A stretch of DNA of 64,000 nucleotides from Octopus vulgaris (taxonomy: Eukaryota): NCBI GenBank assembly GCA_951406725.2, contig OX597817.1, positions 127,472,001-127,536,000 on the forward strand. Direction: 5' to 3'. The translations under genes and the position numbers were made by a program. The notes under the pieces are model-generated. The model did not search any database. It worked only from the letters and a program-made list of their open reading frames with translations, and was not told where the DNA came from. This document shows positions 38,352 to 52,750 of this stretch, piece by piece. The first letter of the stretch is position 1; every line of letters begins with the position of its first letter.

Positions 38352-40355
38352 TTTTCTTTTGTTTTTCATTTATTTTATTTTTGCTGTTATTCATCCTTTG
38401 GTCAGTGTTCAATGGGTGAACCTATAATCAAGAAGTATACCAGACATGACCATTACATATTTCCTTTGGACACAATGCATTCTCCCATTTCTAAAACCGT
38501 TTCGAAGTAACATGGAGATGATTTGGCTACTATATTTAGCAAGTCAAACAACCACGTAAAATCTCCCTCGTTTAGTCAACACTTAGTTATCTTACTTTGC
38601 TGATTCTGTCGACTCAAGAAGATTGAAAACCGATGAAAGTAATATTTTGTCTGGTAGAATTTGAACTCGAAACGTAATGTGATATGACTAAAACTCGCAA
38701 AGAAGTCGATCCGTCACGTTTCCGTTTCTATCACTCGCCGCCTTTGCAATTCTTTATGTTGTTGCTGCTGCTGTTGTTGTTGTTGTTAAGCAACAAGACG
38801 GGTAAGGGTGATTAGGTGATGGTCTAGGGCTTATGGGTGGGAGACCCCAGACCTTGGGGATAAAAAAAAAACTTTGGTCGTCTTGTTTTAGTCGAGGGCT
38901 CCTCGTTAACGCCCGACACCACTGGAAGGTGGCCCTCAAAGTCGCTGGAAATGGAGATCTCCAGGTCCAAATTCTTGAACGGCTGTTGTTGTCGTTGTAA
39001 TTGTTGCTGCTGTTCTTGTTGTTTAAAATCCAAATTGTCTCTGGTCTAATGTGTGATTTCCAGTCTTACCTATTTATGTGTTAACATTTTTGCAAAGTAT
39101 AATGTATCAAAGAGTAATTTATCCAAACTGTATATCATTATAAATTTTCAGACATTACGTTGCCATCTGAGAAAGACTTAGTCGCTACTTACAGCAGGTA
39201 TTGCGACCGTATAGTCTATCTCTCTCTCTCTCTCTCTCCCTCTCTCTCTCTCTCCCTCTCTCTCTCTCTCTCATGCTCTCTCTTTAGCTAGCTATATATA
39301 TGTACTTAAGCAGATGTTTGACGTACATTTCAATCTTCCGTAAGTTGTAGTAGTTCTACTAATATCTTAAGAGTAGGCGTTGTCGAATGAAGATTTCATT
39401 AGACGTTAGGTATACGGATATTCGGGTAGCGGTTTAACTATGCGAGCGGGTAAGTGGGCAACGAATTGTGATCAGCAGGAATGCATGTAGGCGTCTATAA
39501 ATGTAGATATGCAAGGAGGGAAGATGTATGGCAAGTGGATTAAGATTGAAGCGATGGACAGAATAGGATTGACGTATTCTAAAGACGTCAGAGAAGAAGA
39601 CTCATAAAAGACATTTGGTATATAGACGCAAGTTTTAATTTTGTGATAGAGTATTCCAAACGCACATAAACACGCTAACAAAAGGACTGAGAGACACATA
39701 GAAGTAATATAATCGTGCAAAGAATGCAGTTATTAAAATGAAACATAGTCATAAGCACACTTCAAATACATAAATATATGTAAATTATTTCACAAACCCA
39801 ACCTAATATACTAACAAAATAATTCCACTAAATGTCTCGAACCATCCATCTATCGTTTGCCAGGTTTTTGATTACATGATTTCAAACCAAGGTCAAATAT
39901 ATTTCGTCTTTACAAAACCTATAAAGTAAGTATAATACAAAGTAATAAGGTGGATATAATTGATAAAAAACATTTTAACGTTTTGCCTCAGTTTGACTGC
40001 AATCAAATATGCAAGAACTGCAATAGATATACACACATATTAATGTGTCTGTGCGCGCGCATGAGTGTATGCTTGTGTGAGTATTTTTGTGTGTATGTTT
40101 ATGTGTGTGCTCGCACGCGTATGTAAAATGCATTTTGTTTTATATATAACTTGTACTACAGGGCATTGCCTCCTCAATAATTCTAGCAGGATTGATGGTT
40201 CCGGAAAATGTTGATACTTGCGTGGTTTTATTCTAATTCATAGTCTAAAAAATACGTCGGGTGCTTTCATTTTGAAATCAAAACAGGATATGAAAATTTT
40301 CAAGCTAAACGAATACGTGGCGTTATTATTGTTGTTTTGTTGTTGTTTTATTGTT

Positions 40356-41754
40356 TTTGCACAGCTTCTAACGCTGGAGATGTATTAAGGTGTCAGCTGT
40401 TCACTACCATTGAACTGAGGGAATACTCCTTATTTTTCAAGCACCACCCGGAGTATTCGAGCGGTTCCAAGCAGTGCTGTTTTCTGCAAGAAGTGCTCCA
40501 CCCTTGTTGCACCCCATATTTGTTCCATGTACTTCTGAAGATTTTTACTCACTGTTCCCAGGGATGCGACAATTTTAGTATTTATACCACATTTTTCATC
40601 GACCACAACAGCTTAACCTCCCAAGCTAAACTGTTATATCTATCGACATTTCTTTCTCCCTTATCGCATACTTTGTTGTCTGCTGGGCATGCTATATTTA
40701 TGATCCAGCATCGTTTGCTTTCTTTCTCAGTTAAAACTATCTGGTTTCCTATTCTCTATCTTATGATCGCACTGAATCATAAAACCCCATAGGATCTTTG
40801 TTTTGTACTTTCGATGTTGCCTTCGGGTTTATGCTCGTACCACTTTTTTTTGTTCTGTGAGTCCATACTTGTTGTAATGTGTCCAATGACGCCTTTTATA
40901 TTCTTTCTGGGCTAGTGGCGCACGTTGACTGGTAATATGCCATACAGTTTCACCGTTTTGTCCACAGATTCTGCACTTATCACTTTCTGATGTGTTTTCT
41001 ACTCTGTATATGATATAGTTGGTTCTTAATGCTTGCTCTTCGGCAGCACAGACTAGAGTCTCTGTTTCCGGTTTTAATTCACTTTTAGCCATCCATAGCC
41101 ATCTTTTTTCTCTGCCTGTCTCATCTTCAACATCCCTATGAAATTGTCCATGCATTCTTTTCTTTATCCACCTATTTTCAGTTTCATTCATTCTCAAGTG
41201 CTTGTACACTGATTTATCTTTGCAATCTTCTATCCTATACAAGCCAGACCTTCTTGCTTCCAACAATAGGGATGTGTGGCATTTTTTACATACCATGCTA
41301 TATTGTTTTCTTCTGTTCTTATGCTGTGTTCGCATCCAATCAGTCTTCTTCCCCTTTTTTCTTGGTAGATAGAGTTTGTCTGTGTCACTTTTTCGGTGGA
41401 GTATCCCATATCTTGTTAGCAACTGCTTTGTTTTCCTGTCTAAGCGGTTCAGTTCGTCTACTGTCGATGTGATTACGCCTGCTCCATATCTAAGGCCTGA
41501 AACCGCCCGGGTGTTGATAGCTTCAATCTTATTCCGTCCATTTAATTTCGATTTAAGGATCAGTCTTAGTCTCTGCAAGTACTCCACCTTAATTTTTTCT
41601 GTCATTTCTTTCTCCATCAAATTATCCATTTCCAGTATCCTCAAGTACTTATAACCCGTCTCTTCTATCTGTTTCATAACCTTCCCCGAAGTTATTGCTA
41701 TCGCCTCCATACATTTGATTTTGCTTCACTTCAAGACTAAGACACCACACTTTT
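40356..41754 (-). mobile_element. R4/Dong-type RLE non-LTR retrotransposon, 5'-truncated
   Basis: YKYL, NKIEAINTRAV, CRICGQNGETVWHITS, KEYKRRH, ILWGF and LQKTALLG. 3' end abuts TTA/TTG repeats. Confidence 0.88.
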
Positions 41755-41769
41755 GTTATTTATTCTCTT

Positions 41770-41876
41770 TGAACAGCTTTTGACGCTGGAGATGTACTAC
41801 GGTATCAGCTGTTCACTATCAGTAAACTAAGAATACACCTCTTGTTTTTCGAGCACCATCCGGAGTATTCGAGCGA
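41770..41876 (-). mobile_element. Extreme 3' fragment of the same Dong-like family
   Basis: ACAGCTT.T.ACGCTGGAGATGTA...GCACCA.CCGGAGTATTCGAGCG matches 40360-40465. Confidence 0.85.
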
Positions 41877-41925
41877 ATTGTTGTTGTTGTTGTTATTATT
41901 ATTGTTGTTGTTGTTGTTGTTATTG

Positions 41926-41985
<60 letters not shown>

Positions 41986-42073
41986 TTTTTGTTATTGTGT
42001 GAGAGAGCTGTGCATGCCATCAAAGTGACACTGAGGTAAAGTATACGAAGTCTCGTATAGTCATCATTAACAA

Positions 42074-42157
<84 letters not shown>

Positions 42158-42161
42158 TATT

Positions 42162-42752
42162 ATTCAGTAGTTTTATCTTTATAACGGGCTTTGACTGCAC
42201 TACCAAGTGCAGCTCGGTGTGTTTGGATATGTACTGTAGTTTGTTGTGATGCTTTTTTAGTGGCTGTATTGAAAGAGTTTTACATAGGATGTGTGCGGTG
42301 CCTAGTAGTGCTATTTACTGTATGTTATATATATTTGTAAGTCCTGGTGTTTTTGCTATGTACTTTTCTGAATATGTTGTTATCATATCTAATGCGACCA
42401 CTATGATAAGTATTGTTTCTGTTTTTAGACTCCACATTTGGGTTACCTCTATTTCCAGGTCTTTGTATTTGAAAGTTTCTCCATTTCTTTTATAGAAACG
42501 TTATCATCTGTTGGTATTGAAATATCAATTAGAAAGCGTTTTTTTTTCTTCATGGTTTCTGACAACTATCTCTGGCCTATTGGCCTTAATTTCTCTATCT
42601 GTGTGTATTGGCATATCCCATAGCGTTGTTGCCTTTTCATTTTCTGTGACCTTTTCTGGCGTGTGCCGATACCATCTTTTTTCTGTTGTTATTCTATAGT
42701 ATTGGTATAGCTTCCTGTGTATATAGGTCCAATTCTGTCGTGTCTGTGAATA
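42162..42752 (-). mobile_element. Second Dong/R4-like family, 3' RLE region
   Basis: KRWYRHTPEKVTENEKATTLWDMPIHTDREIKANRPEIVV. Lies between (TTA)n tracts. Confidence 0.88.
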
Positions 42753-42837
42753 TATTATTATTATTGTTGCTTTTGTTGTTATTATCATCATCATCAACAC
42801 TATCATCATCATCATCATTGTTATTATTATTATCATT

Positions 42838-43592
42838 GCTTTGCACAGCTTCTAACGCTGGAGATATACTACAGTGTCAGCTGTTCAATACCAGTGAACT
42901 AAGGTAAAAACCTCTTATTTTTCGAGCACCTTCCGGAGTATTGGAGCGATTCCAAGCAGTGCTGTTTTCTGCAAGTGCTCCACCCTTATTGCAGCCCCTA
43001 TTTGTTCCACGTACTTCTCGAGATTTTTGCTCACTGTTCCCAGGGTTCCGACAATTATTGGTACTATTGCTACCTTTTTCATCGACCACGGCTGCTTAAC
43101 TTCCCAAGCTAACCTGTCATATCTCTCGACTTTTCTTTCTACCTTATCGCATACCTTGTTGTCAGCTGGGCATGCTATATCTATGATCCAGCATAGTTTG
43201 TTTTCTTTCTCAATTAACACTATGTCTGGTTTCCTATTCTCAATTTCATGGTCGCACTGAATCATAAAATCCCATAGGATCTTTGCATTTCTATTTCCGA
43301 CAATGCCTTCAGGTTTGTGGTCGTACCAATTTTTGCTCTTGTTGCAAAGTGTCCAATGGACAAGCCTGGCTATATTGTCGTGGCGTCTCTTATATTCCTT
43401 CTAGGCTAGTGCTGTACATTGGCTGGTAATATGAAATACGGTTTCACCGTTTTGTCCACAGATTCTGCACTTATCACTTTCTTCTGTGTTGTCCATTCTG
43501 TATTTTATGTAGTTTGCTCTTAGTGCTTGCTCTTGGGGAACACAGATTAGAACCTCCGTTTCCGGTTTTAAATCACTTTTAGTCATCCACAT
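42838..43592 (-). mobile_element. Dong/R4-like LINE, 3' part (zinc knuckle + RLE)
   Basis: CRICGQNGETVFHITSQC, RKPDIVL..CWIIDIACP, KVERYDRL and LQKTALLG. Confidence 0.9.
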
Positions 43593-43615
43593 TAGTGGGT
43601 ATCATTGACCACAGT

Positions 43616-45790
43616 AATCGTCTAGTACTTTATTATATTTTCATCTCTCTGGGATCGATGGAATGAAGTACACAACAAGAACTGAGGTAGATGGTGTCGA
43701 CTATTCACTCCTCTCGAAATTGTTGACTTTGTGCTTAAATTACAAAGTGTCCCTCGTAGTGTGAAGACTTTTGTTCTTCGACCTGTCTTCGAAACATGTT
43801 TTATTCGAACATTACTCAATGATATTTACTTTAAAGTAATTGTAAAAAGAACTAAAATTTCCTAAGGTGGGACTGTCCTCAATACCTGGTAAGAAAGAAT
43901 ATAACAGAATATAACAGAAAGAATATTTGTCTCACAAACTTTTAAAACTTCTTTTGCACACAACTTATTTTCACATCCGAAATGATTTCCAGACATAATT
44001 ATACCTCACGACAAAACACCAAAGTGACGAAAATTCAACAAAATGAAAAATACAAAATGAAAAGAATTGATAGAGTAGTGAATAATTATTAGAAGAAAAT
44101 AACTCCAAATACTCAAACAAATACTTTGGAAGGCACCGACAATAACTAAAATAGCAGCAACAGTAGCAAATATAACTCTTAAACCAATTCCAGAAATAGC
44201 TGTTCGTTTATAGAGCAGATTTTTGAAAACAAAACTTCCTTCAGTATAAAATGAATAGATGGAATTTTTAGCATATCAGAATTACAAGAAAACATGTACA
44301 CAAGGGAATTTTGTAAAACCCAACAGAATTTTTTTATCAAAGAGATAATCCAAAAATGGGCAAAGATTAAAATTATATCTCCGCTCACGAAAAAGTGGAA
44401 ACGGATTGAATTTTATCTCACATCATGAAATACAAGCCCACCAGGATATATCGAAAAGAAGAATTATCTCAATTAAGAAGGCGAAAAAGCAAAAATTTTG
44501 ACAACATTTTAAAACTAAAATAATTGCCAAAATTTGGGCTGAAATTGTAAACTGTGGTCAATGATACCCACTAATGTGGATGACTAAAAGTGATTTAAAA
44601 CCGGAAACGGAGGTTCTAATCTGTGTTCCCCAAGAGCAAGCACTAAGAACAAACTACATGAAATACAGAATGGACAACACAGAAGAAAGTGATAAGTGCA
44701 GAATCTGTGGACAACGGTGAAACCGTATTTCATATTACCAGCTAATGTACAGCACTAGCCTAGAAGGAATATAAGAGACGCCACGACATTTCGTGTAATA
44801 GTACATGGATCATAGAAATACAAGTCACCTATAAGAAACAGTGAAGATGACATAGACTTATGTCTAGTAGTGAGTTATCTTTGTGTCATTATAAAAGAGA
44901 GTAATAAAAGCAGGCATAACTGATAAACTACCTATTAGCAGAGATGGCGTCACGAACAACGTACATGTCTTAATGACTCCAGAGGTTCGCAGACCCATAC
45001 TGGTAACCGAAACAAAGTGTATGAGATTCATGGTACAAGGTAGAAAGCCCAAGTGTATTAGTTAATTAGTTAAAGTAAAATATACATTAGAGCTGAAGAA
45101 CGGAAACATTAAGCAAAAACAAAAGAAAATAAAAATAATGAATTTCAACCGCAACAAAAATAACAAACCAGTTTTAGAGCACCATTAGCCGAAACTCTGG
45201 GGAAAGCAAAGGAATTATCTTTAAGTCTAATATCACAAATAATTCGTTTCTTACCTATACAAACCTACAGTAACATATTTTCATCTTGAAGTGAGGAAGC
45301 AATAAATAAGAGAAAAAATTACAGACAAAACAGGCATAAAATAAAAGAACAAAAACATAGGACTACAATGTCTTCAAAAGGACAACGAAATATTTTCTTT
45401 AGAATATAATAAAGAAAATGTAGAAGACAAAGATGAACTAAGATCACTGTTCTTTGAAAATCAAACAAACAGTTAATAGACAAAATTATGCATCTATTGT
45501 GTTGCAAGCTCTATCAAGAAATTAAAATGACTGTTTATAAACACCATGCAAAAAAATAGACCACAAGTAAATACAAATTAAGACATCATATGGAACTTTC
45601 GAAAGAATGCCTTCAAGATGTCGGTATTGAAAAGAAATGTCTCAAAAAAATGTTTTGCAGTGCATTCAGTCACATTCGAACATTATTTGAGAAACGGTCA
45701 AGTGAACGGGGTCGCAGGGTGCTCAGTTAACTTATTCAAACAGCTTCGATGACTTAAATATCGTCTTTTAACTTTTGTGGTAATTTTCAT
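43616..45790 (+). mobile_element. Decayed ORF1-like retroelement, interrupted at 44551-44788
   Basis: Peptides KIKIISPLTKKWKRIEFY (~44360) and MVQGRKPKC (~45030) parallel IKFISRGVKYATVWLLF and MLEGRPPKC of the 16-kb element. Boundaries uncertain. Confidence 0.4.
44551..44788 (+). repeat. Inverted duplicate of 43376-43615
   Basis: Near-identical reverse complement, including the shared TAG in ALA*KEYKRRHD and ~23 bp beyond the recognisable LINE sequence. Confidence 0.92.
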
Positions 45791-45884
45791 CTCCTTATAA
45801 ATATGTGTGTATACGCATACATAGGTATGTGACTATATGCGTAAATATATATATACATACATAGGTATGTGACTATATGCGTAA

Positions 45885-45916
<32 letters not shown>

Positions 45917-45989
45917 ATGTATGTCTAGCCATATATGTGTGTGTGTATGCGTGTAAGTGCGTGTGTGTATATGTATAAATATATGTGCA

Positions 45990-46930
45990 TCTGGATTTTT
46001 TTTTATCTAGTTTCAGCTCACGAGCTGTGGCCATGCTGGGGCTCCACCATTTGGTGTTGCTACGTGATTTTACTTCACGAATGCTTTTTAGCAATTGCCA
46101 TTTGGTGCATGAGAGAGTTCGATGCAGCTGCCCTCATCTGCACTTCCTGTAGTGAAGTTGGTTCATCTGGGATACCTGACAGGAAGAGATCCAGTTGTAT
46201 TTTAAAGACATCTGCATCCACCCCATGCAGGTCTCTCAGGTCCTTCGGGAGGATATAGAAGAGCTGTGGGCCTCTGAAGCCCAGGCTATCACAGTATCTT
46301 GTCCTACATCTTGATCGCAAATTTGGAGTCCTTGGCACTATGCAGTGGCGCCCAGTTCTAGTATTTGGGACAAGTCCTTCTATGATCTTCCAGATGTATA
46401 TTATGGCATATCTTTCTCGCCTACGCTCTAAGGAATAGAGTCTTAATCTCTTGAGTTTTTCCCAGTAGCTTATATGCTGCACAGAGGCTATCTTTTTCGT
46501 GTAGCTTCGTTGGATCGCCTCAAGTTCTGTGATTAACTTGACACTGGATGGTGACCATAGCTGAGAGCAATAGTCAAAGTGGCTTAGAACAAGTGTCCTC
46601 CAGAGGACCATCATGGTTTCCTGGTCTCTTGTTATAAAGGTTCTAAGAATCCATCCGGTCAGCCGCCTACCTTTCATTGCCAATTTAGCAACATGCACAT
46701 GAAAGGCTGCATCATTACTCATGTAAATACCAAGGTCTCGCACTGAATGTGCCTCTGGGATTGCAATCCCTCCAGGTCCAGTGTATTTATTGGGTATTGC
46801 ATTTAGTTTTGCATGCTGATAGCATAAAGCTTGAAACTTTTCAGCATTGAACTGCATGCTATTCTTTTCAGCCCACTTGTATATTTTGTCCAGCTCATAT
46901 TGCAGGTGCATAGTGTCTTCAGGGTTCTGG
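45990..46930 (-). mobile_element. CR1/L2-group LINE, 5'-truncated RT C-terminus
   Basis: LQYELDKIYKWAEKNSMQFNAEK, VRDLGI, VLSHFDYCSQLWSP, LEAIQR and LYSLERRR. Frame remains open. Confidence 0.88.
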
Positions 46931-47122
46931 ATATATATATAATATAAATAATATGTAAATATATGCATATGGGCGTCTGTGTATTATTTTGCGTCTGTAA
47001 CTTAAAAATTTTTTAAACATCATACTATATATTGTATACGGTGTCTTGCACGGGGAACGCTGCCTTTGTCTCTGAAAAGAAGCAATTAAACTTGTTCTAT
47101 TTGTAATTACTGGGAGAAAAAG

Positions 47123-47189
<67 letters not shown>

Positions 47190-47232
47190 TTTATATATAT
47201 ATATACTTACTGTGGTTATATCAACCCGGGAC

Positions 47233-47274
<42 letters not shown>

Positions 47275-47321
47275 ATATATATATACTGACATTCACGTCG
47301 TTGAATTTTTGAAATTCTGAT

Positions 47322-47436
47322 TTCTTCTTCTTCTTCTTCTTCTTCTTCTTCTTCTTCTTCTTCTTCTTCTTCTTCTTCTTCTTCTTCTTCTTCTTCTTCT
47401 TCTTCTTCTTCTTCTTCTTCTTCTTCTTCTTCTTCT
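47322..47436. repeat. (TTC)n microsatellite
   Basis: Direct reading. Confidence 0.97.
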
Positions 47437-49758
47437 TTAGAGGATTTTGATATTGTTGATCATAAACACTTACAATGAATTCGTTATTTTATGTAAAGTT
47501 TGCTCGATCAGTCTTCGGCATACATATTGGGATGTTTTGTGTGCCTTTAGACGAGTGTACTGATGATTTTTTTAAAGCTGATAACATGCGTATCTACAGC
47601 TAATTCAATTGATTTCAGACACTTCTCTCTTACAAAATTTTCTTTATTAAATAAAGTTAAGAGTAAATGTTTACTTAGTTAAATTACCGGCTCGTAAGTA
47701 AAAGTTATAATCAATGCTCACAGCTATTACTGTTGCAGGGTACCTGTTTATGTTTAACTTGGCAGAATCTAATCTTCTCTCAAGTAATACACTTAATTAC
47801 TTGTAGAATTAGCTGATTGATGTTTGCCAATGTCTCATTAAGTGCTATTCTACTTCAAATCCATGTTTATTCTGTTAGTCACCTATTAAAAGCTCATTCA
47901 CTATCAAAATTATAGAATACTTTTACATCATTGCTTTTACATTGTAATGTAGCCTGCGAGCTGTCAAAGTTTGTTCTTATCACAAGTTATCAAAATAATG
48001 CGAACAAAAGGTTTCAAGTTTTTAAGCGTCTGTAATTATTGATCTAAAGGATTAGAAGTCAGAGACTTTACAACATTACAATGATTAGTTACTTGTTATG
48101 TTAACTATTAACTTGAGAAAGTAAATTGCCATTTCTCTTGTAATGTAATAGCTCCGCCTGTCAGAGATGCCCGTGCTTCTACTCTTTGAAAATTCCTCTA
48201 CATTATGTAATCCGGGGTAATTTTGTTTCTTTTTTCTTTTTTCTTTTTTTTTTCAAGATATCAGTTGTTCATGCATCAGTAAGTATCTCCATTCCTTAAA
48301 CATGGCTTAGTTGCCAGCGTCTGGGGCAAGACATTGTTACAAGGAGAAGCACTGTTTTTTCTCAGTCTTTTGACATTTTGTGCCACTATGAACTTAGAGT
48401 ACAGGGTCACCGCCCTTCAGGCCCCAACCTGCTACACCACTACTTGTCTCTATACTCTGTATGTTTTTCGAGACAGGGGTCAATGCAGATTTGAATCATT
48501 GATACTTGCAAGCAAACTCAGAACGTAAATAACCAAGACAAATAACGCAAAATATTTTACCTAATTCGCTAGCATTTCCTCCAATGTTATCTGCCAGGGA
48601 CGTACTTTTATCGATTACTGATGCATGAACAGCAAAGTAGACAGCAGCAATAGAGAGCAAGAACATATAATGCAGATCATTTTGTCATCCATCAATTCTA
48701 CCAATCCACAGTTTCATAATTTATCATAAAGTCAAGTATATTTCGTAAGTCACATGTGTCGTTGACTCAATCGATGAAAAGGTATTATATCTATCATCCT
48801 TCCGATATCTAGAATTATGATCCTCCGGGTTTTCCAACCAAAGGGATAATGGAATTAAACCCAATATGTAAATTATTGTAGTTTAAAGAACCGCTAATTC
48901 AGCTGTCACACTACCTGTGAGAAAATACGTAATTATTTACAGCAAACTTACAGATTCAAGAACTGCATATAAAGTACAAAATTAAACCAGTTATCACGTA
49001 GAGAAGTCATCATTTAATCCCAAGTGAATTCTGATCAAGTACACCCGTGATAAAAGTGTGCCATCTACGATTACCTCGTCATTTTATATCAAAGTCTATA
49101 TTATCCAATAGGTCGCTCCTTTTCCTGTAAAGAGTAATTTGAGGTAAATTTGACTCCGATGTCTAGTTCCTTGATTATTTATCGTTGCTTTTGTTTAACC
49201 CAGGTTAGAACTGACTAAGCAGAATTGTGATCTATGGTATCCAGCTTCTGACCAACCGTTTTTATTTTTTCAGACATAGTATGTCTTGAACTACATTATT
49301 CGATGTGTCAACCCTTGTTTTGCTTTATACAGGCTTCGGATCAAGTTTGCCACCAAATAGGAACAATGTCTACGATAGACTTCCATACAGTTTATGTATA
49401 CTATATTTCACACAGGCTTTAGTTAACCCCATATTATGGTAAAATAAAGCCTGGAATTAAATAGTTCTGAATCGAAATTCTAAACCACACAACCATGCCT
49501 GGAGATCCGCTTTCAAAAATCGACCATAATATGCCAAGCATTTATTTCACCTTGGTGCATTATTATCTGCTAGTAATCAAATTTATGTTCTTTCTTAATT
49601 TAAGGAGACGTAACTCGTCTTATCGCTTTACATTCTTATTTGCAAAGCGAGACACAGTCACCACAATTCGCATGCACAAACTCATACATATATACACACA
49701 CAAATACACGCATATACATACATATACACACACATATACATGCGTGCGCACGCACACA

Positions 49759-49851
<93 letters not shown>

Positions 49852-50678
49852 GTATATATAACGTGATGGCTTTACACCCAAATACCATCAACCAAATTTC
49901 ACAAATTCTCACAGATATTTGTCAAGCAATGGCCATTATACAAGAGATTTGTTCAAGATGCAGCGCACTGGGATTGGACCTAGACCCATGAGGCCGTGCA
50001 TTAACCAATAATCATCTTTATTCTTGGGGAGATTATTTTGTTACTAACTCAAAATCACAGCTCACACCACTTGAAGAATCTGATTGCATAATGTAGGAAG
50101 AACCATATATACAAGTATCAAAGTGTGTCCAGGTAAGGTGAAACCTCAATGAAGTGGGTCACGATATTACATTTACATTGTGCCCTCAGGAGTAAAATCA
50201 AAAGAGGAGCTCACAGTTATTTGAATGATGCCATATTTCGCAGCGACAGAAGAGAATGTTACACGTTAAATACTAGAATTGATAATATCCATTAAACGTT
50301 CCTCCTAAATGCATAGCCGTATTTATTTGTGTGAAATTAATTTAGAGTAGGTCTAGCGACTTTGGAAATTATCCTTAGTTTAGGCTATACTGACCAAAGG
50401 GCTTTCAAATATTATCAGATATCTATTAAAGCACAATAATAATCAACAGTTGTAAGTGAAGCCAATTTTCAGCCGCTTCGACGTTTCTACAAATGTTAGT
50501 CAAATATTCCTCAAAGAACAACTTAATATCTTTTAAATGAATTTATTGGATAATGCCATCGAAGGTAGACTACGACTGAATATAAAATCACCAAGTTAGT
50601 GAACGAAACGTCTTTCATCATGGATATAGTCGAGTATGGCTGGCTTGAAGCAAACGGGAATAAGACGTTACGGTCGAA

Positions 50679-50781
50679 GAATTAAGGAATATCCTTAGTA
50701 AAAGATCACAGTAGTTATTAGTTCCATCGTCGATAGAATTTGTAACTACTGTTAACTTTTACTAAGGATATTATTTAACTC
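50679..50781. repeat. ~100-bp imperfect hairpin (foldback/MITE-like)
   Basis: AATATCCTTAGTAAAAG..ACAGTAGTTA pairs with TAACTACTGT..CTTTTACTAAGGATATT. Confidence 0.8.
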
Positions 50782-50824
50782 TGCAGCGATAGAACTAGTA
50801 ACTAATATCCTTTATTAAGTAACT

Positions 50825-51214
50825 TCCGGGGGGCGCAATGGCCCAGTGGTCAGGGCAGCGGACTCGCGGTCGTAGGATCGCGGTTTCGATTCCCAGACCG
50901 GGCATTGTGAGTGTTTATTGAGCGAAAACACCTAAAGCTCCATGAGGCTCCGGCAGGGGGTGGTGGTGATCCCTGCTGTACTCTTTCACCACAACTTTCT
51001 CTCACTCTTACTTCCTGTTTCTGTTGTACCTATATTTCAAAGGGCCGGCCTTGTCACTCTCTGTGTCACGCTGAATATCCCCGAGAACTACGTTAAGGGT
51101 GCACGTGTCTGTGGAGTGCTCAGCCACTTACACGTTAATTTCACGAGCAGGCTGTTGCGTTGTTTCGGATCAACCGGAACCCTCGTCGTCGTAACCGACG
51201 GAGTGCTTCCATCC
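50825..51214 (+). mobile_element. Full-length tRNA-derived SINE with 11-bp TSD
   Basis: A box TGGCCCAGTGG and B-box-like GTTTCGATTC. ATTAAGTAACT at 50814-50824 and 51215-51225. Confidence 0.88.
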
Positions 51215-51675
51215 ATTAAGTAACTAATATCCTTTATTAATTCTTTATTAAGGACATTCGTTAATTTTTCGTTTCTGAAGAGGGAATAGTTGGCTTAAAT
51301 GGAAATCTTCGTTTAATGGCCTATGCACAATATACACAGCTATTCTAGAAACACCTCTAAAAGTATTTATGCCTTACTTCATGATCCCTTATTTACTCTA
51401 ACAACTATGGAATTACGTTTGAATTATAAATTGCATGCTCTAAAGTGATACGAGATGTTTTATTAGTTCATTCATTCTTTTGTATATCTCCCTGCTCAAT
51501 GATGAATCATTTATAGCCATTATTTGCTAGGCAGCTACAACACCACTGCGGTTTTAGTTACAGCTCAAGTTGTAGTTTTAGAAGTAAACCAGCCAGAATG
51601 CTTATCGTTCATACCTATTACATTACGTCACTAGAAGGAAATATTATTTATGTACTGATATATGTATATACATTT

Positions 51676-51708
<33 letters not shown>

Positions 51709-52272
51709 ATACTAAACAATATAAATAATGCTTCATCGAAATCTACATTTATTATTTGATATACCGTTAACAGTTTCCACTCAAAAGAACAGAAAGTCAG
51801 GTTAAGGTCAAGCTATTTCGTTGTTGAATTTACGTAAGTTATTTTCAAATATCTGTAATGTAATTAAATGCGTATTTTTATTTTCTTTATCGGAAATACT
51901 CTACAGCATCAAGTTTGTCTCTTTGTTTATCTAGTTCTTTGTGTATTAGTTTTGGTTTAATTTGAGTTTGTTCTCGTTTTATTTATTTATTGTTTTAGCT
52001 CTTAGTTGTTTAGATTTGAAGGAGGGGGAGTTGTTGTTTTATACCAATCATTAGCATTAATCTTTCATTAAATCAACGAAAGAAATTCTTCAAATGAGTG
52101 CACCAAGTATAAAATAAAGCCATTTAGAGTAAGGCATCTAATTTTCTTAAAAGAAAACAAAGAAAATTAAAACAAAATCACCTCGCGTTCTGCAGTGCAC
52201 CAAAAGTATTTGCTTAAATCTCATCACGGCAATCTTAAGAGTAAATACTAAGTGAATTAAAAATGATCTTAG

Positions 52273-52346
<74 letters not shown>

Positions 52347-52363
52347 ATATATATATATATATG

Positions 52364-52399
<36 letters not shown>

Positions 52400-52750
52400 T
52401 GTATGTATGTATGTATATAGGTATGTATGCATGTACGTATATCTTGGCAAACTTAAAGATTGGGAGATATGACATATCACTGCACTAATGAATATGAACT
52501 GGCATTGCAAATAACTGTCGTTATCTCAAGTTTTCTTTTTCAAATACTTTGATTTTTTTTTTTACACTCACGCTCACGCACCTACACACTCACACACACA
52601 CACACACACACATATCACATCACATCACATATATAACTGCAATATGTCAGAAGAAACTTGATAAATTAATACAAAGAACCATATTGATTTTTAGTCATTT
52701 TTTTTGTTTTTGTTATTTGTTTCTCGAAACATTTGAAAATCATGCGACAC

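Noticed and set aside
38754-39033. Poly-Q coding exon
   Set aside because: Glutamine runs come from (TTG/CTG)n flanks, the frames are short, and no splice support or family was recognised.
39472-39720. Signal-peptide-like ORF (MCLSVLLLACLCAFG) as first exon of the lectin-like pseudogene
   Set aside because: No convincing splice donor follows, and hydrophobic ORFs arise easily in T-rich DNA.
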